Shown one piece after another: positions 1 to 7,799 of a stretch of 63,351 nucleotides of DNA. Position 1 is the stretch's first letter. Every line of letters starts with the position of its first letter. The notes beneath the pieces were generated by a model that saw only the letters and a list, made by a program, of their open reading frames with translations, was not told where the DNA came from and ran no database searches. The stretch comes from a virus, in IMG/VR virus record IMGVR_UViG_3300045988_110668, one strand, 5' to 3'. Position numbers and translations under genes: made by a program.

Positions 1-119
1 CTTTTTTTTCCAAGTATTTTTTGTCAATAGCCAGCAATTCGTTTTTAAGTATTTCTTCATAATTAGCCCTTAATTTATTTTCTTCTTCTGAATTACCTTT
101 GATGAAAGCTATATTTTCC
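1..119. repeat. Terminal direct repeat: assembly overlap of a circular or circularly permuted 63,232-bp genome
   Basis: Bases 1-119 are identical to 63233-63351. The tape-measure ORF stays in frame across the implied junction. Confidence 0.95.
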
Positions 120-2086
120 TCATACTTCTTTTGTGCCGTTGCTCTTTCTTTTTCATATTCGTCATCTATAAGGGAAATGCGGGTATCGGAAAGGCGTTTA
201 GCGATATCTTCTTGGTATTTGGCTTGTTCATCAGCTGATTTTTTACCTTCACTTTCTGTTTTTCCTAAGGGGGTTAATAAATCGTCTATATTTAGTTTAT
301 TTTCAAGTTTAATAGTTTGCCTCTCATTTTCTCTCAATTTATTTTGCATTTCAGATATTTTTTCATCTAAATCAGCAGCTTCTTTCCCTAGATCATAAAT
401 ATCTCTAGCTGCATTAGTTGCAGCAGCTGGACCTTTAGTCAATCTTCTTTCTGCATCCCGTATTTTATTATTCAAAACACTACGTTCGTAAAATAAGTTG
501 TTTAATTGGTCTTCATATTCCAACTGTTCTTTAGATCTTTCTACTAGCTTATCCTGTATAGCTCTTGCTTGTGCAGTTTTCAAGATTTGCCCAGCTAATC
601 TGTTATAGGAATCAGCAGCCTTACCGGCTAAAAAATCTTCATTGCTTATATTCTCGAAATATTCAGGGAATTTCCTCTGCAACTCATCAACAGCTGCATT
701 TCTTTCTTGCATTGAACGTGATGTATCTTGGGTTGCTTTATATAATAATTCTAGTTCTTTTCTCTCTTTGATAGAAGAAGATCTTCCTTCTTTTATCGCA
801 TCTACCCACATTCTTTCAGCAGAAACAATATCATCTATTGCCCCCTTACCTTTAAATAAGCTTGCTACCCAATCCATTATATCTTTTCCATATACAGAAA
901 GCAAAGTAATACCTACTACCAACGCTGTTTGCCAACTAAGAATAGATTTTGTAAGCTGCTTCCATACAGGAATACCTTTTTGTCCGGCTTCCTGCATTGC
1001 TTGATACTCTATTCTTGCTTTTTTCAGTTCATCGGCAAGCATCGGCAAGTTGTTGGATATTGCAAGGAAGAAAGTATTCCACCCGACAGCCAAAGAGGGT
1101 AATTCACGTGCGACTTGCTGAACCGACATATTTAATCCATTCCAATGAGACGCATAATTACCTACATTTCTTTGGTAGTTACCCATTTGAGCATCCATAG
1201 ACTTTAACTCATTCTTTAAAGTCTGTATTTGCTGTAAGGTCTTTTGCCCTTCAACTCCCAAAAACGAATCTTTAGGCATATTTTTCAGCCTTTTTTCAAG
1301 AGCTAATACCGCAGCATTCATTTCATTATAGCTGCTAGCAGTTGAAATAATAACCGCCGAATGATTCCGGATTAAATTGGAATATTGCTTGTTTTGCTCC
1401 GATAACTCTGTTTGTCTTTGCTTTAACAGGGCTGATTTATTGAGATATTCAGTAATTCCAATAGTCCCATTCTTATATTCCTTATCCAAAGACTTTAATT
1501 CATCGTTAAGCTCTTTTATTCGAATTTTATTTTGAATCGTATCTGCTGTTAATTTAGTTACATGGCTATCATAGGTTAATATGTTATCAACTATTTCTGT
1601 GTATTTTGCCTCTGTAGTTGAAATAGCCTGATTCAGTTGATTTGCCGATTGCGCATAAGATTGATTAGCTTGTGCGGCTGAATTTTGTGCACTGGAGGTA
1701 CTTTGAAATTTAGAAGAAAGCGCATCAAGAGAACCTGAAAGCTTATTTATGGTTTTAGTCAGATCATCAAATTGCTTAGGCAATGTATTTAACGTCAGCA
1801 ATTTTGTTATCTTGTTTCCATAGTCTCCAAGTAGTTTATTCTGTCTTTCCTGAATAGACGCCAACTTGTTTTGGGTAGTAATCAGGTTGTTTAACGCATT
1901 ATTATACGCATTGGATTTATCGGAAAGTTCTTGATAATTTTTAGGACTAATTTTCATCCCATTTGCTAATAGCCCTATGAATTTCTTATAGGCAGCATAG
2001 TTTTCATTGAATTCTGTTTTTAGGTTCTCTAATTGATTGAAAACGCTTTCATCTACTACATCAGTAATTTTTAATTCATTAGCCAT
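1..2086 (-). CDS. Tail tape measure protein, N-terminal ~695 codons (the ORF leaves the window at base 1 and resumes at 63232)
   Basis: ATG at 2086 (MANELKITDVVDESVFNQLENLK...). My own translation stays open down to base 1. The frame matches ORF 61902..63269 through the 119-bp overlap. The product is long, coiled-coil and Q/N/K/E-rich, with a hydrophobic segment ELPSLAVGWNTFFLAISNNLPML. It is absent from the ORF track only because no stop lies inside the window. The joined product is ~1138 aa. Confidence 0.8.
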   Translation of the reverse strand, partial: MANELKITDVVDESVFNQLENLKTEFNENYAAYKKFIGLLANGMKISPKNYQELSDKSNAYNNALNNLITTQNKLASIQERQNKLLGDYGNKITKLLTLNTLPKQFDDLTKTINKLSGSLDALSSKFQSTSSAQNSAAQANQSYAQSANQLNQAISTTEAKYTEIVDNILTYDSHVTKLTADTIQNKIRIKELNDELKSLDKEYKNGTIGITEYLNKSALLKQRQTELSEQNKQYSNLIRNHSAVIISTASSYNEMNAAVLALEKRLKNMPKDSFLGVEGQKTLQQIQTLKNELKSMDAQMGNYQRNVGNYASHWNGLNMSVQQVARELPSLAVGWNTFFLAISNNLPMLADELKKARIEYQAMQEAGQKGIPVWKQLTKSILSWQTALVVGITLLSVYGKDIMDWVASLFKGKGAIDDIVSAERMWVDAIKEGRSSSIKERKELELLYKATQDTSRSMQERNAAVDELQRKFPEYFENISNEDFLAGKAADSYNRLAGQILKTAQARAIQDKLVERSKEQLEYEDQLNNLFYERSVLNNKIRDAERRLTKGPAAATNAARDIYDLGKEAADLDEKISEMQNKLRENERQTIKLENKLNIDDLLTPLGKTESEGKKSADEQAKYQEDIAKRLSDTRISLIDDEYEKERATAQKKYEENIAFIKGNSEEENKLRANYEEILKNELLAIDKKYLEKK

Positions 2087-2104
2087 ATAACGTGCGAATT
2101 AAGT

Positions 2105-2139
2105 ACCATGCCACTTGACATAGTTTCCGCACAAATATA
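2105..2139 (-). promoter_or_regulatory. -7 box TATATTTG plus a conserved start-site-proximal hairpin (loop TCAAGTGG), upstream of the tape measure gene
   Basis: The minus strand reads TATATTTG (2139-2132), then ACTATG-TCAAGTGG-CATGGT (2124-2105). The same motif occurs at 18217-18249 and 59186-59215. Confidence 0.55.
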
Positions 2140-2195
2140 GAAATATTTTGGGAGTTTTACAAGCTATTTAGAATGAATAAATATAAGGAGGGATA

Positions 2196-2222
2196 GCAAA
2201 AGAAAAGCGGAGGTTAGTCCGC
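2196..2222 (-). terminator. Rho-independent terminator after ORF 2225..2713
   Basis: Minus strand: GCGGA-CTAACC-TCCGC followed by TTTTCTTTTG, starting 3 nt after the stop codon. Confidence 0.65.
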
Positions 2223-2224
2223 TT

Positions 2225-2713
2225 CTATTTTGATTCCATATCCATTATGACATCTTTTATGGCTTTTACATATTCTAAATGAATACTTCTTGATATCAAA
2301 TGGATATAAATATGTCTGTCTGCCTTAATCTCAATAGGTGTGTTTATTATATCGGTAATTCCATTTGACAACATATATTTATCAAACATTCTTGAGAACA
2401 AATTGCTTCTGAATTTTTGTGGAGTTACTCCTTTATCCCTTCTTAAAATGTCGTGTATGTCATCACAGTAGAAATATAATATCAAGTTCTCATTATCATT
2501 GAAAATTTCACCTATAACATTTGATATTTTTAGAAGTACTCCAATATCAGTGGGATTATCACCTTTTACTCTCTCAAGTGTGACATCTGCAATTTCAATA
2601 CTATCTCCAAATATTTCCCGCACCTCACACGGGATTATATCCAAATTAAATGGAGATAATATTATCCGATACTCATCTTCTGATTTAGAATTGATAGAAA
2701 CGGAAATATCCAT
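2225..2713 (-). CDS. Hypothetical protein (162 aa), accessory
   Basis: Track ORF with its own promoter and terminator context. No motif recognised. Confidence 0.6.
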   Translation of the reverse strand: MDISVSINSKSEDEYRIILSPFNLDIIPCEVREIFGDSIEIADVTLERVKGDNPTDIGVLLKISNVIGEIFNDNENLILYFYCDDIHDILRRDKGVTPQKFRSNLFSRMFDKYMLSNGITDIINTPIEIKADRHIYIHLISRSIHLEYVKAIKDVIMDMESK

Positions 2714-2723
2714 TCAGGGAAGA

Positions 2724-2876
2724 TTATACGTTGATTTTAATGGTACAGTTCTTTTTATTGCGTAATTTCTCCTGTTGAGACATTTTTCTATCTCTCAACT
2801 TATTTACAAAGTCCAATAGTGCTTTTGAGGGATTTTCTATAACAAATACCTCTTGTGTGTAAGATGAGGGTTTCAT
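2724..2876 (-). CDS. Small hypothetical protein (50 aa)
   Basis: My translation: MKPSSYTQEVFVIENPSKALLDFVNKLRDRKMSQQEKLRNKKNCTIKINV. It stops 10 nt before the ATG of 2713 and sits downstream of the -7 box at 2964-2971. It is below the track's length cutoff. Confidence 0.4.
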   Translation of the reverse strand: MKPSSYTQEVFVIENPSKALLDFVNKLRDRKMSQQEKLRNKKNCTIKINV

Positions 2877-2963
2877 ATTCAATTCTCCTTTGTTTTTTAT
2901 AAAATAACAGTACTACTGCTATCTTTGTTCGTAACGTATCAAAGATACATTGCTTTGATGTCG

Positions 2964-2971
2964 CAAATATA
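2964..2971 (-). promoter_or_regulatory. Bacteroidetes-type -7 box (TATATTTG)
   Basis: Reverse complement of CAAATATA. It lies ~90 nt upstream of the small ORF start at 2876. Confidence 0.5.
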
Positions 2972-2986
2972 AATAATACAAATCAA

Positions 2987-3002
2987 GATTGATTGATTGA
3001 TT
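2987..3002. repeat. (GATT)4 / (CAAT)4 tetranucleotide tract
   Basis: gattgattgattgatt, lying just upstream of the -7 box on the minus strand. Confidence 0.9.
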
Positions 3003-3052
3003 GAACAATTAACTATATCTGTTATTGGTTTTTAACGGTTTTAACTTTTTAG

Positions 3053-3083
3053 AAACAAAAACCGCCCTTCGCAATAGGGGCGG
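3053..3083 (-). terminator. Rho-independent terminator after ORF 3091..3354
   Basis: Minus strand: CCGCCC-N10-GGGCGG followed by TTTTTGTTT. Confidence 0.7.
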
Positions 3084-3090
3084 GAATGAG

Positions 3091-3354
3091 TTACAATGTT
3101 GACTCCGAGAAATCTAGTTCGTACACGATCTTTTCACTCTCGTCCCTACTGAATACTCCCACACAGATAAGTTCAGGGAATCCGGGACCTGGTATTGTAG
3201 AAAAAATTACGGATATTGCATCTCCCTCGGCAATATCCAGCGTTTTCACTAGCTTTTCGGCTTCTTGCTCACATAAATTTGCAAGTTTCTCCATGCTGTC
3301 CGTGTTCTTGCCACAGCTGACGGATAATCTGGAGGCGTAATTGGATGTTTTCAT
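3091..3354 (-). CDS. Hypothetical protein (87 aa)
   Basis: Track ORF followed by a terminator. The mirror-image + strand ORF 3086..3340 looks like a shadow. Confidence 0.55.
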   Translation of the reverse strand: MKTSNYASRLSVSCGKNTDSMEKLANLCEQEAEKLVKTLDIAEGDAISVIFSTIPGPGFPELICVGVFSRDESEKIVYELDFSESTL

Positions 3355-3374
3355 GATTATATTTTATTTGAGGG

Positions 3375-4259
3375 TTAGGATTCAGAGTTAAGCAGAGAGC
3401 CTGTCGCCTTATTCAATACCAGATGATATTTCTTTTTCTCTCCTGCCTTAGTGGTTGCTTCAACGTCTACTATTACGTTGTCTCCTTCCAATGAATATGA
3501 GGTCTTGTCTACTCTTATTTCTTCATCGGTAAATGTAGTCTGCCAGACAAAAGATTCTAAGTATCTATATTCTGATATATCTACACAATTTACAGTATTG
3601 CCTGCTATATAAACCATATTCTTTACAGATAAAGCTATATAGTTCTTCTGCTCTATATAGGCAATAAATTTCTCTGTATGCATAAACCCAGTTAGATTTT
3701 TCCATATAATATTTAAATCTTTATCTAATACAGAGATAAAATATGCACTAGTTCTTATTGTGGAATATATCACAATATATTCTCCATACCATTCTGCTAT
3801 TTTTTCGGGGTAAAAGCGCAAGGATGGACTTTGAGAATCATATATGTCTAAATATTCTTTTTTTACTATTTTACCTTCTCTTACTTTTAACATAAATTTA
3901 TGAGGATGAGCAACCTGAGCGCCATATAAACTGACCAATATATAGAGATGATCATTCTTATTTAAAGCACTTAAAATGAAACATCCATTAACTGGGTATT
4001 CTTTAGTTTCTCCAAACCCTAAGTCCTCAATATACCCTTCCGCCTTATCCTTGATAGTAAAAGCCTTGTTGCCTGATTCGTCAATAGCCTCTATATAATA
4101 ATCTCCTTCAAAAATATAAGATTGTAGTTTAATATCACCTACTTGAACCGTACTATTGATACTATATTTTGGAGGTTCCGGTTCATCTATTACATCTTCA
4201 CTAGAACTACAGCCTGCTAATAGCAATATTGCTACTAAAGGGAATAAAATTTTCTTCAT
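3375..4259 (-). CDS. Lipoprotein (294 aa)
   Basis: Signal peptide plus lipobox: MKKILFPLVAILLLAGC|SSSED. Confidence 0.8.
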   Translation of the reverse strand: MKKILFPLVAILLLAGCSSSEDVIDEPEPPKYSINSTVQVGDIKLQSYIFEGDYYIEAIDESGNKAFTIKDKAEGYIEDLGFGETKEYPVNGCFILSALNKNDHLYILVSLYGAQVAHPHKFMLKVREGKIVKKEYLDIYDSQSPSLRFYPEKIAEWYGEYIVIYSTIRTSAYFISVLDKDLNIIWKNLTGFMHTEKFIAYIEQKNYIALSVKNMVYIAGNTVNCVDISEYRYLESFVWQTTFTDEEIRVDKTSYSLEGDNVIVDVEATTKAGEKKKYHLVLNKATGSLLNSES

Positions 4260-4279
4260 GTTGTGTGTACTTTATGTGT

Positions 4280-5146
4280 TTATTTAATAAGTTCTCCTGT
4301 CTCCTTGTCAAATTCAAAATTTAAGACCTCTTTTTCTTCCGTTATATACGTGATATTTATAGTAACAAGAATGGTATTATTCTGGGAATAGGAAGACTCC
4401 CAACTATTTATGACAAACTCATTATTATTAATATCACACATGTATTGCCAAATATAATGGGAAGAGTTGCGAATATCATACCAACTGATCCTCAAAGGAT
4501 TTTTAGCATGAATTCCCTCCCCTCCACTTACATTTATTACATGATACAAATCTAAAACTTTGCCATAATGAGTATGTTTGCTTATAAGATTTAATTCATT
4601 ATCATACACATGTCCTTCTGAAGCGGTTGCTTCTGGATATGCGGAATAGTTTTCAGATACATGTATACTATTATCAAACCAAAATGCCATATCCGTAGGC
4701 AAGTAAGAACTAGTATTCAATGTTACTGCATGAACCTTGCCATTCTCGTAAGAATATAACTTTCTAATTCCCCAAAAACTCAAAATATCAGATTGGTCTC
4801 TTAAATCTGCTAATAGATAATATGTATTTTCATATTGAAGAATATCAAAAATTTTAATATACGAAGCGATAACATCTTTTTTATTTCCATATCCCAAATC
4901 TATATCCAACTTAGTCCCTTTTCCTATTTCTTCGGACACTTCAAAAAGGAATTCATTATCTTTACTAACCTTTATGGTGTAATTTTCTTCATTAAAATCA
5001 ATATTACAGCTAAAACCATTAACTAAAAATGCATTATTATCACAGGATTCCGTGTTTTCCTCATTATTTTTCTCTGGAACAGGATCGCTTTCTTCGCTGC
5101 ATCCAATAAGAAACAGCAAGGCAAATATTAGAAATGCTTTATTCAT
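4280..5146 (-). CDS. Lipoprotein (288 aa), architecture similar to 3375..4259
   Basis: Signal peptide plus lipobox: MNKAFLIFALLFLIGC|SEESD. Confidence 0.8.
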   Translation of the reverse strand: MNKAFLIFALLFLIGCSEESDPVPEKNNEENTESCDNNAFLVNGFSCNIDFNEENYTIKVSKDNEFLFEVSEEIGKGTKLDIDLGYGNKKDVIASYIKIFDILQYENTYYLLADLRDQSDILSFWGIRKLYSYENGKVHAVTLNTSSYLPTDMAFWFDNSIHVSENYSAYPEATASEGHVYDNELNLISKHTHYGKVLDLYHVINVSGGEGIHAKNPLRISWYDIRNSSHYIWQYMCDINNNEFVINSWESSYSQNNTILVTINITYITEEKEVLNFEFDKETGELIK

Positions 5147-5277
5147 ATTTTGTGTGTATTATGGTTGTACAAAAGCAAAATAAATGACAACTGTTCATAA
5201 ATGCAAGGAAATCAACATATATCTTTACTTTGAAGGTAAAAAAGTTGTTTTTCCTTGCTTTTTTCAAAAATAGTTTG

Positions 5278-5460
5278 TATGTTTGCGGCGTTCAACATAT
5301 TTAAATCGACTGTGCAGGCGGAGCTTGCATTCTTATGCAGGCATTTTTTATGCTTGTATTTAAAATATTGAGGTATATTGTACCCCCGTGTGGAACTATA
5401 ATGGAACCACAGCATAGTCGATATGTGTTGAACAGCGGGAAAGGCAATATACCTTTTTTA
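5278..5460 (+). promoter_or_regulatory. Promoter plus structured leader with interleaved P1 helix and intrinsic terminator (leader copy 1)
   Basis: Elements in order: TATGTTTG 5278-5285; P1 strands 5290-5311 / 5416-5433; box GCAGGCATTTTTTATGCTTGTA 5337-5358; terminator stem 5372-5380 / 5445-5453; T6. Confidence 0.7.
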
Positions 5461-5517
5461 TTTATTGTTATGTTCAACAATATCGACAATCATCATCAAA
5501 CAAATAATAGTAGTTTG

Positions 5518-6258
5518 ATGGCGACGTTAATCCACGACACGGATAGAATGAGTTCGCTTGAAATAGCTGAACTTACAGGCAAAAGACATGATGCTATCTT
5601 GCGAGACATCAGGAACTTACTAAAACAAGGAGTATCACACCACAATTTTGTGGAGACATCCTACAAGCAACCACAGCCAAGAGGAGGATATAAAGAACTC
5701 CCCTGCTTCGAACTCACCAAGAAAGGATGCCTGATCCTCGCCTCCGGCTACGACGCAGTACTCCGTGAGAAGATTATTGATCGCTGGGAACAACTCGAAC
5801 TAGAGAAGCGCAAACCTCAAACTCCCCAAACCTACCTCGAAGCCCTGAAAGCCCTCGTATCATCGGAAGAGGAAAAGCAACGGCTGGCACAGGAGAAGAA
5901 GCAACTAGAACAGCAAAACGCCAAACTCCAGCCAAAAGCAGCCTTTGCCGACGCAGCCTTCGCCACCGACGACAAGGTAGACATAGGAATGTCCGCCAAG
6001 ATCCTAAAGCTCGGATTCGGGCGAAATACCCTATTCGACAAGCTAAGGAAAGCGGGCGTATTCTTCGCCAACCGCAACGAACCCAAACAGAGGTTTATTG
6101 ATGCCGGATACTTCGAGATGAAGGAGAAATTCATCGAGCGAAACAATCATCCGGGATTTGTCGTAACCAAAGTGCTAGTTACCCAAAAGGGATTGGCTTA
6201 TCTGAACCACCTGTTTGGAGGAAAACCTTCTGACGGAAAGCTAGCCAAGATAGTATAA
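5518..6258 (+). CDS. Antirepressor-type protein (Rha-like N-terminus plus KilAC/ANT-like C-terminus)
   Basis: Start chosen at MATLIHDTDRMSSLEIAELTGKRHDAILRDIRNL (Rha-like). C-terminus reads KAAFADAAF...DIGMSAKILKLG...LFDKLRKAGV...GYFE (KilAC-like). The upstream 61 codons of the track ORF overlap the leader RNA. Confidence 0.75.
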   Translation: MATLIHDTDRMSSLEIAELTGKRHDAILRDIRNLLKQGVSHHNFVETSYKQPQPRGGYKELPCFELTKKGCLILASGYDAVLREKIIDRWEQLELEKRKPQTPQTYLEALKALVSSEEEKQRLAQEKKQLEQQNAKLQPKAAFADAAFATDDKVDIGMSAKILKLGFGRNTLFDKLRKAGVFFANRNEPKQRFIDAGYFEMKEKFIERNNHPGFVVTKVLVTQKGLAYLNHLFGGKPSDGKLAKIV

Positions 6259-6362
6259 CACACATCGCACATTTACAGCAGTCCGTTTCAATGCCGGACA
6301 GCCACAACTATATCGAAAAATTAAACGAATCACACGAATCACACTAATAAAAATATATCACT

Positions 6363-6518
6363 ATGGACTTATACGAAATTTTACTGCAAAGAATTGTATT
6401 ACTGACTGATGAATACTTGCAGTTAAAGGAAAGGGTTAAGGAGTTGGAGAACGAGACAAGAATAAAGAACTCAACGGCTCCAAGGATAATAAAGATGAGA
6501 ATAGAGAAAGCAAAATAA
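6363..6518 (+). CDS. Small coiled-coil protein (51 aa), paralog of 14348..14503
   Basis: MDLYEILLQRIVLLTDEYLQLKERVKELENETRIKNSTAPRIIKMRIEKAK compared with MDMYEVLLQRVITLTNEYLKLKERMSEMEKELNTKHLSSPRIIKMKIEKSK. Confidence 0.65.
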   Translation: MDLYEILLQRIVLLTDEYLQLKERVKELENETRIKNSTAPRIIKMRIEKAK

Positions 6519-6522
6519 GTTA

Positions 6523-6563
6523 GTGTCAGGGGCTTCGGCCGGCACATTAGTTGACGCCAATCA
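6523..6563 (+). repeat. Conserved motif GTGTCAGGGG..CCGGCACATTAGTTGACGCCAATCA (copy 1 of 3)
   Basis: Near-identical copies lie at 14305-14343 (-) and, rearranged, at 46138-46209 (-). Confidence 0.8.
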
Positions 6564-6567
6564 GCGG

Positions 6568-6601
6568 GAAAGGGTAGCTTAGGGCTGCCCTTTCTTTGAT
6601 T
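6568..6601 (+). terminator. Rho-independent terminator (convergent with the minus-strand gene ending at 6604)
   Basis: GAAAGGG-N13-CCCTTTC followed by TTTGATT. Confidence 0.6.
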
Positions 6602-6603
6602 AA

Positions 6604-7320
6604 TCACATTGCCAACAGATTGATGATACCCTGTCTGCCAATTCCGGTAATCTTTCTATGGTAGATAATATGACCGTTGTCAGCAACCTCTTGCTTTATA
6701 TCAAACCAACCAAGCGTAGAGTATTTGGTGTATGGAACCCACGTCTGATTAACTTTGTATTGTACGCCAAGTTCTTTTAAACGGTTATTGAGTTCAATTG
6801 CCGATTTAAGCCCTAGCTCTTTCGCAACCTCCGTACATGTATAGGTCTTATTGACATGAGTAAGCACAGCTACCTGTTTCTCCGCTTCAATGCGTGCCGA
6901 CCGTTCCTCTTTTAGCTTAGTGAGAAGTTCAATACCGAAATCCGGATTATTCAATATCTGGTCAATAATATTGTCGGTAGCATAGATGCCATGTTTGCGG
7001 ATTGAAGGTAGCACTTCACTAGTTATCCATTTACGAAACGGTTTTACCTTTTGAGAAGAACTTTGAAGGATTACATCGTAAAAACCTGATTCAGTAACAA
7101 AATTAGCTTTTGTATTTCCGATACTACCCTTTGTATAATTTAGGGCGTGTAAATCAAGCAATTGTACATCCTCGCTATCTAACCTACTCTTCACAGTTGT
7201 TGGATTTTGTAACTCCAGCACTTTGCAAATATCTGCCAAGCAGAATAATGGTTCTTCACTTGTTCCGGCTACACGCACTTCACCGAAAGCTTCATTTTTG
7301 AAAATCTGAATATCATTCAT
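6604..7320 (-). CDS. Bro-N plus KilAC-type antirepressor
   Basis: Start at MNDIQIFKNEAFGEVRVAGTSEEPLFCLADICKVLEL (Bro-N). The 31 upstream track codons overlap a leader terminator. Confidence 0.75.
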   Translation of the reverse strand: MNDIQIFKNEAFGEVRVAGTSEEPLFCLADICKVLELQNPTTVKSRLDSEDVQLLDLHALNYTKGSIGNTKANFVTESGFYDVILQSSSQKVKPFRKWITSEVLPSIRKHGIYATDNIIDQILNNPDFGIELLTKLKEERSARIEAEKQVAVLTHVNKTYTCTEVAKELGLKSAIELNNRLKELGVQYKVNQTWVPYTKYSTLGWFDIKQEVADNGHIIYHRKITGIGRQGIINLLAM

Positions 7321-7358
7321 ACAATTTTCGTAGTGTGCCCTTTCACACACAGGAATAT

Positions 7359-7475
7359 AAAAAAACAGCACCGAACGCTTGAGGATCTTTCGGCACTGTT
7401 TATATATTCCCAACTCTATGGAAATACTTAATATCTTATATGCGCTTCCCCAAGCTGTATCGCACTACAAATATA
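7359..7475 (-). promoter_or_regulatory. Promoter (TATATTTG, 7475-7468) plus a leader containing an intrinsic terminator
   Basis: Minus strand: ACAGTGCCGAA-N13-TTCGGTGCTGT (two G-U pairs) followed by T7, ~40 nt upstream of the ATG at 7320. Confidence 0.6.
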
Positions 7476-7613
7476 GCAAGTTTTTATTATTTGGCAAACA
7501 ATTATTTTATTTTTCTCTCGACGGTGTTTTATTGTTCTATTTTTCCTAAACTTTTTGTATAACCCCCGTGATTTTTCTAACAATGCACACCAAATATTAT
7601 TCTATTCTTCGTA

Positions 7614-7799
7614 TTACGGATATATGTATTCGACGAAAACACCCTTGTATTCTTCTCCCTCTTTTGCATACCAAATACTGCCATCCTCTTTTTTGAATAG
7701 AACATACACTGATTTCTCCATTTTAGCCGCCTTCTTTGCGATTTCCCGCATTTTCTCTTCAGAAGCAAGCCTCTTATTGCCTTGACACCAACAACTCAT
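7614..7799 (-). CDS. Hypothetical protein (61 aa)
   Basis: Track ORF; ATGA overlap with the upstream gene. Confidence 0.45.
   Translation of the reverse strand: MSCWCQGNKRLASEEKMREIAKKAAKMEKSVYVLFKKEDGSIWYAKEGEEYKGVFVEYIYP

Noticed and set aside
5212-5489. Small ORFs over the leader regions (5212..5415, 5301..5489, 15519..15716, 15670..15852) and the 61-codon N-terminal extension of 5335..6258.
   Set aside because: They overlap the conserved leader RNA. The only shared peptide (YKHKKCL) comes from the identical 22-nt box, and the flanks diverge in a way that preserves base pairing rather than coding.
6344-6607. An 87-aa minus-strand ORF, and its counterpart 14304..14525 on the + strand.
   Set aside because: Both lie antisense to the conserved 51-aa coiled-coil paralogs, whose protein-level conservation identifies the true frame.
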